A DNA stretch of 64,000 bases from Eledone cirrhosa. Its lineage: Eukaryota. The notes under the pieces were generated by a model, which was not told the DNA's origin, searched no databases, and saw nothing but the letters and a program-made list of their open reading frames with translations. Below, piece by piece: positions 47,901-63,355 of this stretch. A program made the position numbers and the translations under genes. The first letter of the stretch is position 1. Every line of letters begins with the position of its first letter. Location of the stretch: assembly GCA_964016885.1 (NCBI GenBank), contig OZ024740.1, forward strand, positions 418,748,001 through 418,812,000, given 5' to 3'.

Positions 47901-50900
47901 TAGTAGTACATCTAAGACTATAGTAGTACATCTAAGACTATAGTAGTATATCTAAGACTATAGTAATATATCTAAGACCATAGTACTACATTTAAAGCTA
48001 TAGTAGTACATCTAACAATATAGTAGTATATCTAAGACTGTAGTAGTATATCTAAGACTGTAGTAGTATATCTAAGACTATAGTAGTACATCTAAGACTA
48101 TAGTAGTACATCTAAGACTATAGTAGTAAATATGTAACTATAGTAGTACATCTAAGACTGTAGTAGTATATCTAAGACTATAGTAGTACATCTAAGACTA
48201 TAGTAGTATATCTAAGACTAAGTAGTATATCTAAGAGTATAGTAGTACATCTAAGACGATAGTAGTATATCTAAGACTATAGTAGTATATCTAAGTCTAT
48301 AGTAGTATATCTAAGACTATAGTAGTACATCTAACACTATAGTAGTATATCTAAGACTATAGTAGTATATCTAAGACGATAGTAGTACATCTAAGACTAT
48401 AGTAGTATATCTAAGACTATAGTAGTATATCTAAGACTATAGTAGTACATCTAAGGCTATTGTAGTAAATCTGAGACTATAGTAGTACATCTAAGACTAT
48501 AGTAGTATATCTAAGACTGTAGTAGTATATCTAATCTATAGTAATATATCTAAGACCATAGTACTACATTTAAAACTATAGTAGTAAATCTAAGACTATA
48601 GTAGTACATCTAAGACTATAGTAGTATATCTAAGACTATAGTAATACATCTAAGGCCATAGTACTACATTTAAAACTATAGTAGTATATCTAGGACTATA
48701 GTAGTACATCTAAGACTATAGTAGTATATCTAAGACTGTAGTAGTATATCTAAGACTGTAGTAGTATATCTAAGACTATAGTAGTACATCTAAGACTATA
48801 GTAGTACATCTAAGACTATAGTAGTATATCTAAGACTGTAGTAGTATATCTAAGACTGTAGTAGTATATCTAAGACTATAGTAGTACATCTAAGACTATA
48901 GTAGTATATCTAAGACTAAGTAGTATATCTAAGACTATAGTAGTACATCTAAGACTATAGTAGTATATCTAAGGCTATAGTAGTATATCTAAGACTATAG
49001 TAGTACATCTAAGACTATAGTAGTATATCTAAGACTAAGTAGTATATCTAAGACTATAGTAGTACATCTAAGATAATAGCAGTACATCTAAGGCTATAGT
49101 AGTATATCTAAGACTGTAGTAGTACATCTAAGACTATAGTAGTACATCTAAGACTATAGTAGTACATCTAAGACTATAGTAGTACATCTAAGACTATAGT
49201 AGTATATCTGAGACTATATTAGTAAATCTAAGACTATAGTAGTACATCTAAGACTATAGTAGTACATCTAAGACTATAGTAGTATATCTAAGACTTTAGT
49301 AATATATCTAAGAACATAGTACTACATTTAAGACTATAGTAGTATATCTAGGACTATAGTAGTACATCTAAGACTATAGTAGTATATCTAAGACTGTAGT
49401 AGTATATCTAAGACTATAGTAGTATATCTAAGACTATAGTAGTACATCTAAGACTATAGTAGTATATCTAAGACTATAGTAGTATAACTAAGACTGTAGT
49501 AGTATTTCTAAGACTATAGTAGTACATCTAAGACTATAGTAGTACATCTAAGACTGTAGTAGTACATCTAAGACTATAGTAGTATATCTAAGATTATAGT
49601 AGTAAATCTGAGACTGTAGTAGTATGTCTAAGACTATAGTAGTATATCTAAGATTATAGTAGTAAATCTGAGACTGTAGTAGTATATCTAAGACTATAGT
49701 AGTACATCTAAGACTATAGTAGTAAATATGTGACTATAGTAGTACATCTAAGACTGCAGTAGTACATCTAAGACTATAGTAGTACATCTAAGACTATAGT
49801 AGGATATCTAAGACTATAGTAGTACATCTAAGACTATAGTAGTATATCTAAGACTATAGTAGTATATCCAAGACTATAGTAGTATATCTAAGACTATAGT
49901 AGTACATCTAAGACTATAGTAGTATATCTAAGACTATAGTAGTATATCTAAGACTATAGTAGTACATCTAAGACTATAGTAGTATATCTAAGACTATAGT
50001 AGTATATCTAAGACTATAGTAGTATATCTAAGACTATAGTAGTACATCTAAGACTATAGTAGTATATCTAAGACTATAGTAGTACATCTAAGACTATAGT
50101 AGTGCATCTAAGACTATAGTAGTATATCTAAGACTATAGTAGTATATCTAAGACTATAGTAGTATATCTAAGACTATAGTAGTATATCTAAGACTATAGT
50201 AGTATATCTAAGATTATAGTAGTAAATGTGAGACTGTAGTAGTATATCTAAGACTATAGTAGTACATCTAAGACTATAGTAGTATATCTAAGACTATAGT
50301 AGTATATCTAAGACTATAGTAGTATATCTAAGACTATAGTAGTACATCTAAGACTGTAGTAGTATATCTAAGACTATAGTAGTACATCTAAGACTATAGT
50401 AGTATATCTAAGACTGTAGTCGTACATCTAAGACTATAGTAATTCATCTAAGACTATAGTTGTATATCTAAAACTATAGCAGTACATCTAAGACTATAGT
50501 AGTAAATCTGAGACTATAGTAGTACATCTGAGACTATAGTAGTAAATCTGAGACTATAGTAGTACATCTAAGACAATAGTAGTACATCTAAGATTATAGT
50601 AGTGCATCTAAGACTATAGTAGTATATCTAAGACTAAGTTGTATATCTAAGACTATAGTAGTACATCTAAGACAATAGCAGTACATCTAAGGCTATAGTA
50701 GTATATCTAAGACTGTAGTAGTACATCTAAGACTATAGTAGTACATCTAAGACTATAGTAGTACATCTAAGACTATAGTAGTACATCTAAGACTATAGTA
50801 GTATATCTAAGACTATAGTAATATATCTAAGACCATAGTACTACATTTAAAGCTATAGTAGTACATCTAACACTATAGTAGTATATCTAAGACTGTAGTA

Positions 50901-53900
50901 GTATATCTAAGACTGTAGTAGTATATCTAAGACTATAGTAGTACATCTAAGACTATAGTAGTACATCTAAGACTATAGTAGTAAATATGTAACTATAGTA
51001 GTACATCTAAGACTGTAGTAGTATATCTAAGACTATAGTAGTACATCTAAGACTATAGTAGTATATCTAAGACTAAGTAGTATATCTAAGAGTATAGTAG
51101 TACATCTAAGACGATAGTAGTATATCTAAGACTATAGTAGTATATCTAAGTCTATAGTAGTATATCTAAGACTATAGTAGTACATCTAACACTATAGTAG
51201 TATATCTAAGACTATAGTAGTATATCTAAGACGATAGTAGTACATCTAAGACTATAGTAGTATATCTAAGACTATAGTAGTATATCTAAGACTATAGTAG
51301 TACATCTAAGGCTATTGTAGTAAATCTGAGACTATAGTAGTACATCTAAGACTATAGTAGTATATCTAAGACTGTAGTAGTATATCTAATCTATAGTAAT
51401 ATATCTAAGACCATAGTACTACATTTAAAACTATAGTAGTAAATCTAAGACTATAGTAGTACATCTAAGACTATAGTAGTATATCTAAGACTATAGTAAT
51501 ACATCTAAGGCCATAGTACTAGATTTAAAACTATAGTAGTATATCTAGGACTATAGTAGTACATCTAAGACTATAGTAGTATATCTAAGACTGTAGTAGT
51601 ATATCTAAGACTGTAGTAGTATATCTAAGACTATAGTAGTACATCTAAGACTATAGTAGTACATCTAAGACTATAGTAGTATATCTAAGACTGTAGTAGT
51701 ATATCTAAGACTGTAGTAGTATATCTAAGACTATAGTAGTACATCTAAGACTATAGTAGTATATCTAAGACTAAGTAGTATATCTAAGACTATAGTAGTA
51801 CATCTAAGACTATAGTAGTATATCTAAGGCTATAGTAGTATATCTAAGACTATAGTAGTACATCTAAGACTATAGTAGTATATCTAAGACTAAGTAGTAT
51901 ATCTAAGACTATAGTAGTACATCTAAGATAATAGCAGTACATCTAAGGCTATAGTAGTATATCTAAGACTGTAGTAGTACATCTAAGACTATAGTAGTAC
52001 ATCTAAGACTATAGTAGTACATCTAAGACTATAGTAGTACATCTAGGACTATAGTAGTATATCTAAGACTATAGTAATATATCTAAGACCATAGTACTAC
52101 ATTTAAGACTATAGTAGTATATCTAAGACTATAGTAGTACATCTAAGACTATAGTAGTATATCTAAGACTGTAGTAGTATATCTAAGACTATAGGAGTAT
52201 ATCTAAGACTATAGTAGTACATCTAAGACTATAGTAGTATAACTAAGACTAGTAGTATATCTAAGACTATAGTAGTACATCTAAGGCTATAGTAGTATAT
52301 CTAAGATTATAGTAGTAAATCTAAGACTGTAGTAGTATATCTAAGACTATAGTAGTATATCTAAGATTATAGTAGTAAATCTGAGACTGTAGTAGTATAT
52401 CTAAGACTATAGTAGTACATCTAAGACTATAGTAGTAAATATGTGACTATAGTAGTACATCTAAGACTGTAGTAGTATTTCTAAGACTATAGTAGTACAT
52501 CTAAGTCTATAGTAGTATATCTAAGACTATAGTAGTATATCTAAGACTATAGTAGTATATCTAAGATTATAGTAGTAAATCTAAGACTGTAGTAGTATAT
52601 CTAAGACTATAGTAGTATATCTAAGATTATAGTAGTAAATCTGAGACTGTAGTAGTATATCTAAGACTATAGTAGTACATCTAAGACTATAGTACTATAT
52701 CTAAGACTATAGTAGTATATCTAAGACTATAGTAGTACATCTAAGACTATAGTAGTATATCTAAGACTATAGTAGTATATCTAAGACTATAGTAGTACAT
52801 CTAAGACTATAGTAGTATATCTAAGACTATAGTAGTATATCTAAGCCTATAGTAGTACATCTAAGGCTATTGTAGTAAATCCGAGACTATAGTAATACAT
52901 CTAAGACTATAGTAGTCTATCTAAGACTATAGTAGTGTATCTAAGACTATAGTAGTATATATAAGACTATAGTAGTACATCTAAGACTATAGTAGTATAT
53001 CTAAGACTGTAGTAGTATATCTAAGACTGTAGTAGTACATCTAAGACTGTAGTAGTACATCTCAGACTATAGTAGTATATCTAAGACTATAGTAGTATCT
53101 CTAAGACTATAGTAGTATATCTAAGACTATAGTAGTATATCTAAGACTATAGTAGTACATCTAAGGCTATTGTAGTAAATCTGAGACTATAGTAGTACAT
53201 CTAAAACTATAGTAGTCTATCTAAGACTATAGTTGTATATCTAAGACTATAGTAGTATATCTAAGACTATAGTAGTATATCTAAGACTATAGTAGTAAAT
53301 ATGTGACTATAGTAGTACATCTAAGACTGTAGTAGTATATCTAAGACTATAGTAGTACATCTAAGACTATAGTAGTATATCTAAGACTATAGTAGTATAT
53401 CTAAGACTATAGTAGTATATCTAAGATTATAGTAGTAAATCTAAGACTGTAGTAGTATATCTAAGACTATAGTGGTATATCTAAGATTATAGTAGTAAAT
53501 CTGAGACTGTAGTAGTATATCTAAGACTATAGTAGTACATCTAAGACTATAGTAGTATATCTAAGACTATAGTAGTATATCTAAAACTATAGTAGTATAT
53601 CTAAGACTATAGTAGTACATCTAAGACTATAGTAGTATATCTAAGACTATAGTAGTATATCTAAGACTATAGTAGTATATCTAAGACTATAGTAGTATAT
53701 CTAAGACTATAGTAGTACATCTAAGGCTATAGTAGTAAATCTGAGACTATAGTAGTACATCTAAGACTATAGTAGTCTATCTAAGACTATAGTAGTATAT
53801 CTAAGACTATAGTAGTACATCTAAGACTATAGTAGTATATCTAAGACTGTAGTAGTATATCTAAGACTGTAGTAGTACATCTAAGACTGTAGTAGTACAT

Positions 53901-56900
53901 CTCAGACTATAGTAGTAAATCTAAGACTAAAGTAGTATATCTAAGACTATAGTATTATATCTAAGACGATAGTAGTACATCTAAGACTATAGTAGTATAT
54001 CTAAGACTATAGTAGTATATCTAAGACTATAGTAGTATATCTAAGACTATAGTAGTATATCTAAGACTATAGTAGTACATCTAAGACTATAGTAGTATAT
54101 CTAAGACTATAGTAGTATATCTAAGACTATAGTAGTATATCTAAGACTATAGTAGTACATCTAAGACTGTAGTAGTATATCTAAGACTATAGTAGTACAT
54201 CTAAGACTATAGTAGTATATCTAAGACTGTAGTAGTACATCTAAGACTATAGTAATTCATCTAAGACTATAGTTGTATATCTAAAACTATAGTAGTACAT
54301 CTAAGACTATAGTAGTAAATCTGAGACTATAGTAGTACATCTGAGACTATAGTAGTAAATCTGAGACTATAGTAGTACATCTAAGATTATAGTAGTACAT
54401 TTAAGACTATGGTAGTAAATCTTGGACTATAGTAGTATATCGAAGACTATAGTAGTATATCTAAGACTATAGTAGTATATCTAAGACTATAGTAGTAAAT
54501 CTAAGACTATAGTAGTATATCTAAGACTGTAGTAGTATATCTAAGACTATAGTAGTAAATTTAAGACTATAGTAGTATATCTAAGACTATAGTAGTCTAT
54601 CTAAGACTATAGTAGTATATCTAAGACTGTAGTAGTATATCTAAGACTATAGTAGTACATCTAAGACTATAGTAGTACATCTAAGATTATAGTAGTACAT
54701 CTAAGACTATAGTAGTATATCTAAGACTAAGTTGTATATCTAAGACTATAGTAGTACATCTAAGACAATAGCAGTACATCTAAGGCTATAGTAGTATATC
54801 TAAGACTGTAGTAGTACATCTAAGACTATAGTAGTACATCTAAGACTATAGTAGTACATCTAAGAGTATAGTAGTACATCTAAGACTATAGTAGTATATC
54901 TAAGACTATAGTAATATATCTAAGACCATAGTACTACATTTAAAACTATAGTAGTACATCTAGGACTATAGTAGTATATCTAAGACTGTAGTAGTATATC
55001 TAAGACTATAGTAGTACATCTAAGACTATAGTAGTACATCTAAGACTATAGTAGTAAATATGTAACTATAGTAGTACATCTAAGACTGTAGTAGTATATC
55101 TAAGACTAAGTAGTATATCTAAGACTATAGTAGTACATCTAAGACCATAGTAGTATATCTAAGACTATAGTAGTATATCTAAGTCTATAGTAGTATATCT
55201 AAGACTATAGTAGTACATCTAAGACTATAGTAGTATATCTAAGACTATAGTAGTATATCTAAGACGATAGTAGTACATCTAAGACTATAGTAGTATATCT
55301 AAGACTATAGTAGTATATCTAAGACTATAGTAGTACATCTAAGGCTATTGTAGTAAATCTGAGACTATAGTAGTACATCTAAGACTATAGTAGTATATCT
55401 AAGACTGTAGTAGTATATCTAAGACTATAGTAATATATCTAAGACCATAGTACTACATTTAAAACTATAGTAGTAAATCTAAGACTATAGTAGTACATCT
55501 AAGACTATAGTAGTATATCTAAGACTATAGTAATACATCTAAGGCCATAGTACTACATTTAAAACTATAGTAGTATATCTAGGACTATAGTAGTACATCT
55601 AAGACTATAGTAGTATATCTAAGACTGTAGTAGTATATCTAAGACTGTAGTAGTATATCTAAGACTATAGTAGTACGTCTAAGACTATAGTAGTACATCT
55701 AAGACTATAGTAGTAAATATGTAACTATAGTAGTACATCTAAGACTGTAGTAGTATATCTAAGACTATAGTAGTACATCTAAGACTAAAGTAGTACATCT
55801 AAGATTATAGTAGTACATCTAAGACTATAGTAGTATATCTAAGACTAAGTTGTATATCTAAGACTATAGTAGTACATCTAAGACAATAGCAGTACATCTA
55901 AGGCTATAGTAGTATATCTAAGACTGTAGTAGTACATCTAAGACTATAGTAGTACATCTAAGACTATAGTAGTACATCTAAGAGTATAGTAGTACATCTA
56001 AGACTATAGTAGTATATCTAAGACTATAGTAATATATCTAAGACCATAGTACTACATTTAAAACTATAGTAGTACATCTAAGACTATAGTAGTATATCTA
56101 AGACTGTAGTAGTATATCTAAGACTATAGTAGTACATCTAAGACTATAGTAGTACATCTAAGACTATAGTAGTAAATATGTAACTATAGTAGTACATCTA
56201 AGACTGTAGTAGTATATCTAAGACTAAGTAGTATATCTAAGACTATAGTAGTACATCTAAGACCATAGTAGTATATCTAAGACTATAGTAGTATATCTAA
56301 GTCTATAGTAGTATATCTAAGACTATAGTAGTACATCTAAGACTATAGTAGTATATCTAAGACTATAGTAGTATATCTAAGACGATAGTAGTACATCTAA
56401 GACTATAGTAGTATATCTAAGACTATAGTAGTATATCTAAGACTATAGTAGTACATCTAAGGCTATTGTAGTAAATCTGAGACTATAGTAGTACATCTAA
56501 GACTATAGTAGTATATCTAAGACTGTAGTAGTATATCTAAGACTATAGTAATATATCTAAGACCATAGTACTACATTTAAAACTATAGTAGTAAATCTAA
56601 GACTATAGTAGTACATCTAAGACTATAGTAGTATATCTAAGACTATAGTAATACATCTAAGGCCATAGTACTACATTTAAAACTATAGTAGTATATCTAG
56701 GACTATAGTAGTACATCTAAGACTATAGTAGTATATCTAAGACTGTAGTAGTATATCTAAGACTGTAGTAGTATATCTAAGACTATAGTAGTACGTCTAA
56801 GACTATAGTAGTACATCTAAGACTATAGTAGTAAATATGTAACTATAGTAGTACATCTAAGACTGTAGTAGTATATCTAAGACTATAGTAGTACATCTAA

Positions 56901-59900
56901 GACTATAGTAGTATATCTAAGACTAAGTAGTATATCTAAGACTATAGTAGTACATCTAAGACTATAGTAGTATATCTAAGGCTATAGTAGTATATCTAAG
57001 ACTATAGTAGTACATCTAAGACTATAGTAGTATATCTAAGACTAAGTAGTATATCTAAGACTATAGTAGTACATCTAAGATAATAGCAGTACATCTAAGG
57101 CTATAGTAGTATATCTAAGACTGTAGTAGTACATCTAAAACTATAGTAGTACATCTAAGACTATAGTAGTACATCTAAGACTATAGTAGTACATCTAAGA
57201 CTATAGTAGTATATCTAAGACTATAGTAATATATCTAAGACCATAGTACTACATTTAAGACTATAGTAGTACATCTAAACTATAGTAGTACATCTAAGAC
57301 TATAGTAGTATATCTAAGACTGTAGTAGTATATCTAAGACTATAGGAGTATATCTAAGACTATAGTAGTACATCTAAGACTATAGTAGTATAACTAAGAC
57401 TGTAGTAGTATATCTAAGACTATAGTAGTACATCTAAGGCTATAGTAGTATATCTAAGATTATAGTAGTAAATCTAAGACTGTAGTAGTATATCTAAGAC
57501 TATAGTAGTATATCTAAGATTATAGTAGTAAATCTGAGACTGTAGTAGTATATCTAAGACTATAGTAGTACATCTAAAACTATAGTAGTAAATATGTGAC
57601 TATAGTAGTACATCTAAGACTGTAGTAGTATATCTAAGACTATAGTAGTACATCTAAGACTATAGTAGTATATCTAAGACTATAGTAGTATATCTAAGAT
57701 TATAGTAGTAAATCTAAGACTGTAGTAGTATATCTAAGACTATAGTAGTATATCTAAGATTATAGTAGTAAATCTGAGACTGTAGTAGTATATCTAAGAC
57801 TATAGTAGTACATCTAAGACTATAGTAGTAAATATGTGACTATAGTAGTACATCTAAGACTGTAGTAGTATATCTAAGACTATAGTAGTAAATCTAAGAC
57901 TATAGTAGTATATCTAAGACTATAGTAGTATATCTAAGATTATAGTAGTAAATCTAAGACTGTAGTAGTATATCTAAGACTATAGTAGTATATCTAAGAT
58001 TATAGTAGTAAATCTGAGACTGTAGTAGTATATCTAAGACTATAGTAGTCCATCTAAGACTATAGTAGTATATCTAAGACTATAGTAGTATATCTAAGAC
58101 TATAGTAGTACATCTAAGACTATAGTAGTATATCTAAGACTATAGTAGTATATCTAAGACTATAGTAGTACATCTAAGACTATAGTAGTATATCTAAGAC
58201 TATAGTAGTATATCTAAGCCTATAGTAGTACATCTAAGGCTATTGTAGTAAATCTGAGACTATAGTAATACATATAAGACTATAGTAGTCTATCTAAGAC
58301 TATAGTAGTATATCTAAGACTATAGTAGTATATATAAGACTATAGTAGTACATCTAAGACTATAGTAGTATATCTAAGACTGTAGTAGTATATCTAAGAC
58401 TGTAGCAGTACATCTAAGACTGTAGTAGTATGTCTAAGACTATAGTAGTAAATCTAAGACTGTAGTAGTACATCTCAGACTATAGTAGTAAATCTAAGAC
58501 TATAGTAGTATATCTAAGACTATAGTAGTATATCTAAGACTATAGTAGTATATCTAAGACTATAGTAGTATATCTAAGACTATAGTAGTATATCTAAGAC
58601 TATAGTAGTATATCTAAGACTATAGTAGTATATCTAAGACTATAGTAGTACATCTAAGACTATAGTAGTATATCTAAGACTATAGTAGTATATCTAAGAC
58701 TATAGTAGTATATCTAAGACTATAGTAGTACATCTAAGACTATAGTAGTATATCTAAGACTATAGTAGTATATCTAAGACTATAATAGTACATCTAAGTC
58801 TATAGTAATATATCTAAGACTATAGTAGTATATCTAAGACTATAGTAGTACATCTAAGGCTATTGTAGTAAATCTGAGACTATAGTAGTACATCTAAGAC
58901 TATAGTAGTCTATCTAAGACTATAGTTGTATATCTAAGACTATAGTAGTATATCTAAGACTATAGTAGTATATCTAAGACTATAGTAGTAAGTATGTGAC
59001 TATAGTAGTACATCTAAGACTGTAGTAGTATATCTAAGACTATAGTAGTACATCTAAGACTATAGTAGTATATCTAAGACTATAGTAGTATATCTAAGAC
59101 TATAGTAGTATATCTAAGATTATAGTAGTAAATCTAAGACTGTAGTAGTATATCTAAGCCTATACTGGTATATCTAAGATTATAGTAGTAAATCTGAGAC
59201 TGTAGTAGTATATCTAAGACTATAGTAGTACATCTAAGACTATAGTAGTATATCTAAGACTATAGTAGTATATCTAAAACTATAGTAGTATATCTAAGAC
59301 TATAGTAGTACATCTAAGACTATAGTAGTATATCTAAGACTATAGTAGTATATCTAAGACTATTGTAGTATATCTAAGACTATAGTAGTGTATCTAAGAC
59401 TATAGTAGTACATCTAAGGCTATAGTAGTAAATCTGAGACTATAGTAGTACATCTAAGACTATAGCAGTCTATCTAAGACTATAGTAGTATATCTAAGAC
59501 TATAGTAGTACATCTAAGACTATAGTAGTATATCTAAGACTGTAGTAGTATATCTAAGACTGTAGTAGTACATCTAAGATTATAGTAGTAGTACATCTCA
59601 GACTATAGTAGTAAATCTAAGACTATAGTAGTATATCTAAGACTATAGTATTATATCTAAGACGATAGTAGTACATCTAAGATTAAAGTAGTATATCTAA
59701 GACTATAGTAGTATATCTAAGACTATAGTAGTATATCTAAGACTATAGTAGTATATCTAAGACTATAGTAGTACATCTAAGACTATAGTAGTATATCTAA
59801 GACTATAGTAGTATATCTAAGACTATAGTAGTATATCTAAGACTATAGTAGTACATCTAAGACTGTAGTAGTATATCTAAGACTATAGTAGTACATCTAA

Positions 59901-62900
59901 GACTATAGTTGTATATCTAAAACTATAGTAGTACATCTAAGACTATAGTAGTAAATCTGAGACTATAGTAGTACATCTGAGACTATAGTAGTAAATCTGA
60001 GACTATAGTAGTACATCTAATACAATAGTAGTACATCTAAGATTATAGTAGTACATCTAAGACTATGGTAGTAAATCTTGGACTATAGTAGTATATCGAA
60101 GACTATAGTAGTATATCTAAGACTATAGTAGTATATCTAAGACTATAGTAGTAAATCTAAGACTATAGTAGTATATCTAAGACTGTAGTAGTATATCTAA
60201 GACTATAGTAGTAAATCTAAGACTATAGTAGTATATCTAAGACTATAGTAGTCTATCTAAGACTATAGTAGTATATCTAAGACTATAGTAGTACATCTAA
60301 GACTATAGTAGTACATCTAAGACTATAGTAGTATATCTAAGATTATAGTAGTACATCTAAGACTATAGTAGTACATCTAAGACTATAGTAGTACATCTAA
60401 GACTATAGTAGTATATCTAAGACTAATTAGTATATCTAAGACAATAGTAGTATATCTAAGACTGTAGTCGTACATCTAAGACTATAGTAGTACATCTAAG
60501 ACTATAGTAGTATATCTAAGACTATAGTGGTACAGCTAAGACTATAGTAGTATATCTAAGACTAAGTAGTATATCTAAGACAATAGCAGTACATCTAAGG
60601 CTATAGTAGTATATCTAAGACTGTAGTAGTACATCTAAGACTATAGTCGTACATCTAAGACTATAGTAGTACATCTAAGACTATATTAGTACATCTAAGA
60701 CTATAGTAGTACATCTAAGACTATAGTAGTATATCTAAGACTATAGTAATATATCTAAGACCATAGTACTACATTTAAGACTATAGTAGTATATCTAGGA
60801 CTATAGTAGTACATCTAAGACTATAGTAGTATATCTAAGACTGTAGTAGTATATCTAAGACTGTAGTAGTATATCTAAGACTATAGTAGTACATCTAAGA
60901 CTATAGTAGTATATCTAAGATTATATTAGTAAATCTGAGACTGTAGTAGTATATCTAAGACTATAGTAGTACATCTAAGACTATAGTAGTAAATATGTGA
61001 CTATAGTAGTACATCTAAGACTGTAGTAGTATATCTAAGACTATAGTAGTACATCTAAGACTATAGTAGTATATCTAAGACTATAGTAGTACATCTAAGA
61101 CTATAGTAGTATATCTAAGACTATAGTATATCTAAGACTATAGTAGTATATCTAAGATTATAGTAGTACATCTAAGACTATAATAGTATATCTAAGACTA
61201 TAGTAGTATATCTAAGACTATAGTAGTACATCTAAGACTGTAGTAGTATATCTAAGACTGTAGTAGTACATCTAAGACTGTAGTAGTACATCTCAGACTA
61301 TAGTAGTAAATCTAAGACTATAGTAGTATATCTAAGACTATAGTAGTATATCTAAGACTATAGTAGTACATCTAAGACTATAGTAGTATATCTAAGACTA
61401 TAGTAGTATATCTAAGACTATAGTAGTATATCTAAGACTATAGTAGTATATCTAAGATTATAGTAGTACATCTAAGACTATAGTAGTATATCTAAGACTA
61501 TAGTAGTATATCTAAGACTATAGTAGTATATCTAAGACTATAGTAGTACATCTAAGACTGTAGTGGTATATCTAAGACTATAGTAGTACATCTAAGACTA
61601 TAGTAGTATATCTAAGACTGTAGTAGTACATCTAAGACTATAGTAATTCATCTACGACTATAGTTGTATATCTAAAACTATAGTAGTACATCTAAGACTA
61701 TAGTAGTAAATCTGAGACTATAGTAGTACATCTAAGACTATAGTAGTATATCTAAGACTATAGTAGTAAATCTGAGACTATAGTAGTACATCTGAGACTA
61801 TAGTAGTAAATCTGAGACTATAGTAGTACATCTAAGACAATAGTAGTACATCTAAGATTATAGTAGTACATCTAAGACTATGGTAGTAAATCTAGGACTA
61901 TAGTAGTATATCGAAGACTTTAGTAGTAAATCTAAGACTATAGTAGTATATCTAAGACTGTAGTAGTATATCTAAGACTATAGTAGTAAATCTAAGACTA
62001 TAGTAGTATATCTAAGACTATAGTAGTCTATCTAAGACTATAGTAGTATATCTAAGACTATAGTAGTACATCTAAGACTATAGTAGTATATCTAAGACTA
62101 TAGTAGTACATCTAAGACTGTAGTAGTACATCTAAGACAATAGTTGTATATCTAAGACTGTAGTAGTATATCTAAGACTATAGTAGTATATCTAAGACTA
62201 TAGTAGTATATCTAAGGCTATAGTAGTATATCTAAGGCTATAGTAGTATATCTAAGACTATAGTAGTATATCTAAGACTATAGTAGTATATCTAAGACTA
62301 TAGTAGTATATCTAAGGCTATAGTAGTATATCTAAGGCTATAGTAGTATATCTAAGGCTATAGTAGTATATCTAAGGCTATAGTAGTATATCTAAGACTA
62401 TAGTAGTATATTAAGACTATAGTAGTACATCTAAGACAATAGTAGTACATCTAAGGCTATAGTAGTATATCTATGACTATAGTAGTATATCTAAGACTAT
62501 AGTAGTATATCTAAGACTATAGTAGTACATCTAAGGCTATAGTAGTATATCTAAGACTATAGTAGTATATCTAAGACTATAGTAGTACATCTAAGACTAT
62601 AGTAGTATATCTAAGACTATAGTACTATATCTAAGACTATAGTAGTATATCTAAGGCTATAGTAGTATATCCAAGACTATAGTAGTATATCTAAGACTAT
62701 AGTAGTATATCTAAGACTATAGTAGTACATCTAAGGCTATAGTAGTATATCTAAGACTATAGTAGTATATCTAAGACTATAGTAGTACATCTAAGACTAT
62801 AGTAGTATATCTAAGACTATAGTAGTATATCTAAGACTATAGTAGTAAATCTAAGGCTATAGTAGTATATCTAAGACTATAGTAGTATATCTAAGACTAT

Positions 62901-63355
62901 AGTAGTATATCTAAGACTATAGTAGTATATCTAAGGCTATAGTAGTATATCTAAGACTATAGTAGTATATCTAAGACTGTAGTAGTACATCTAAGACTAT
63001 AGTAGTATATCTAAGGCTATAGTAGTATATCTAAGACTATAGTAGTACATCTAAGACTATAGTAGTATATCTAAGATTATAGTAGTAAATCCAAGGCTAT
63101 AGTAGTACATCTAAGACTATAGTAGTATATCTAAGACTATAGTAGTAAATCTAAGACTATAGTAGTATATCTAATATTATAGTAGTATATCTAAGGCTAT
63201 ACTAGTATATCTAAGACTATAGTAGTACATCTAAGACTATAGTAGTATATCTAAGACTATAGTAGTATATCTAAGATTATAGTAGTATATCTAAGGCTAT
63301 ACTAGTATATCTAAGACTATAGTAGTATAATCTAAGGCTATACTAGTATATCTAA
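14948..63355. repeat. 48.4-kb tandem satellite, 20-bp monomer TAGTAGTAYATCTAAGACTA (~2,400 copies), one orientation, with higher-order duplications
   Basis: Continuous head-to-tail monomers; occasional 19-bp (ACTAAGTAG), 21-bp and other length variants; no inserted foreign sequence seen. Confidence 0.99.

Noticed and set aside
14948-63355. CRISPR array or telomeric repeat
   Set aside because: Monomers are directly adjacent with no unique spacers, there are no cas genes, the context is eukaryotic, and the monomer is not TTAGGG-like.
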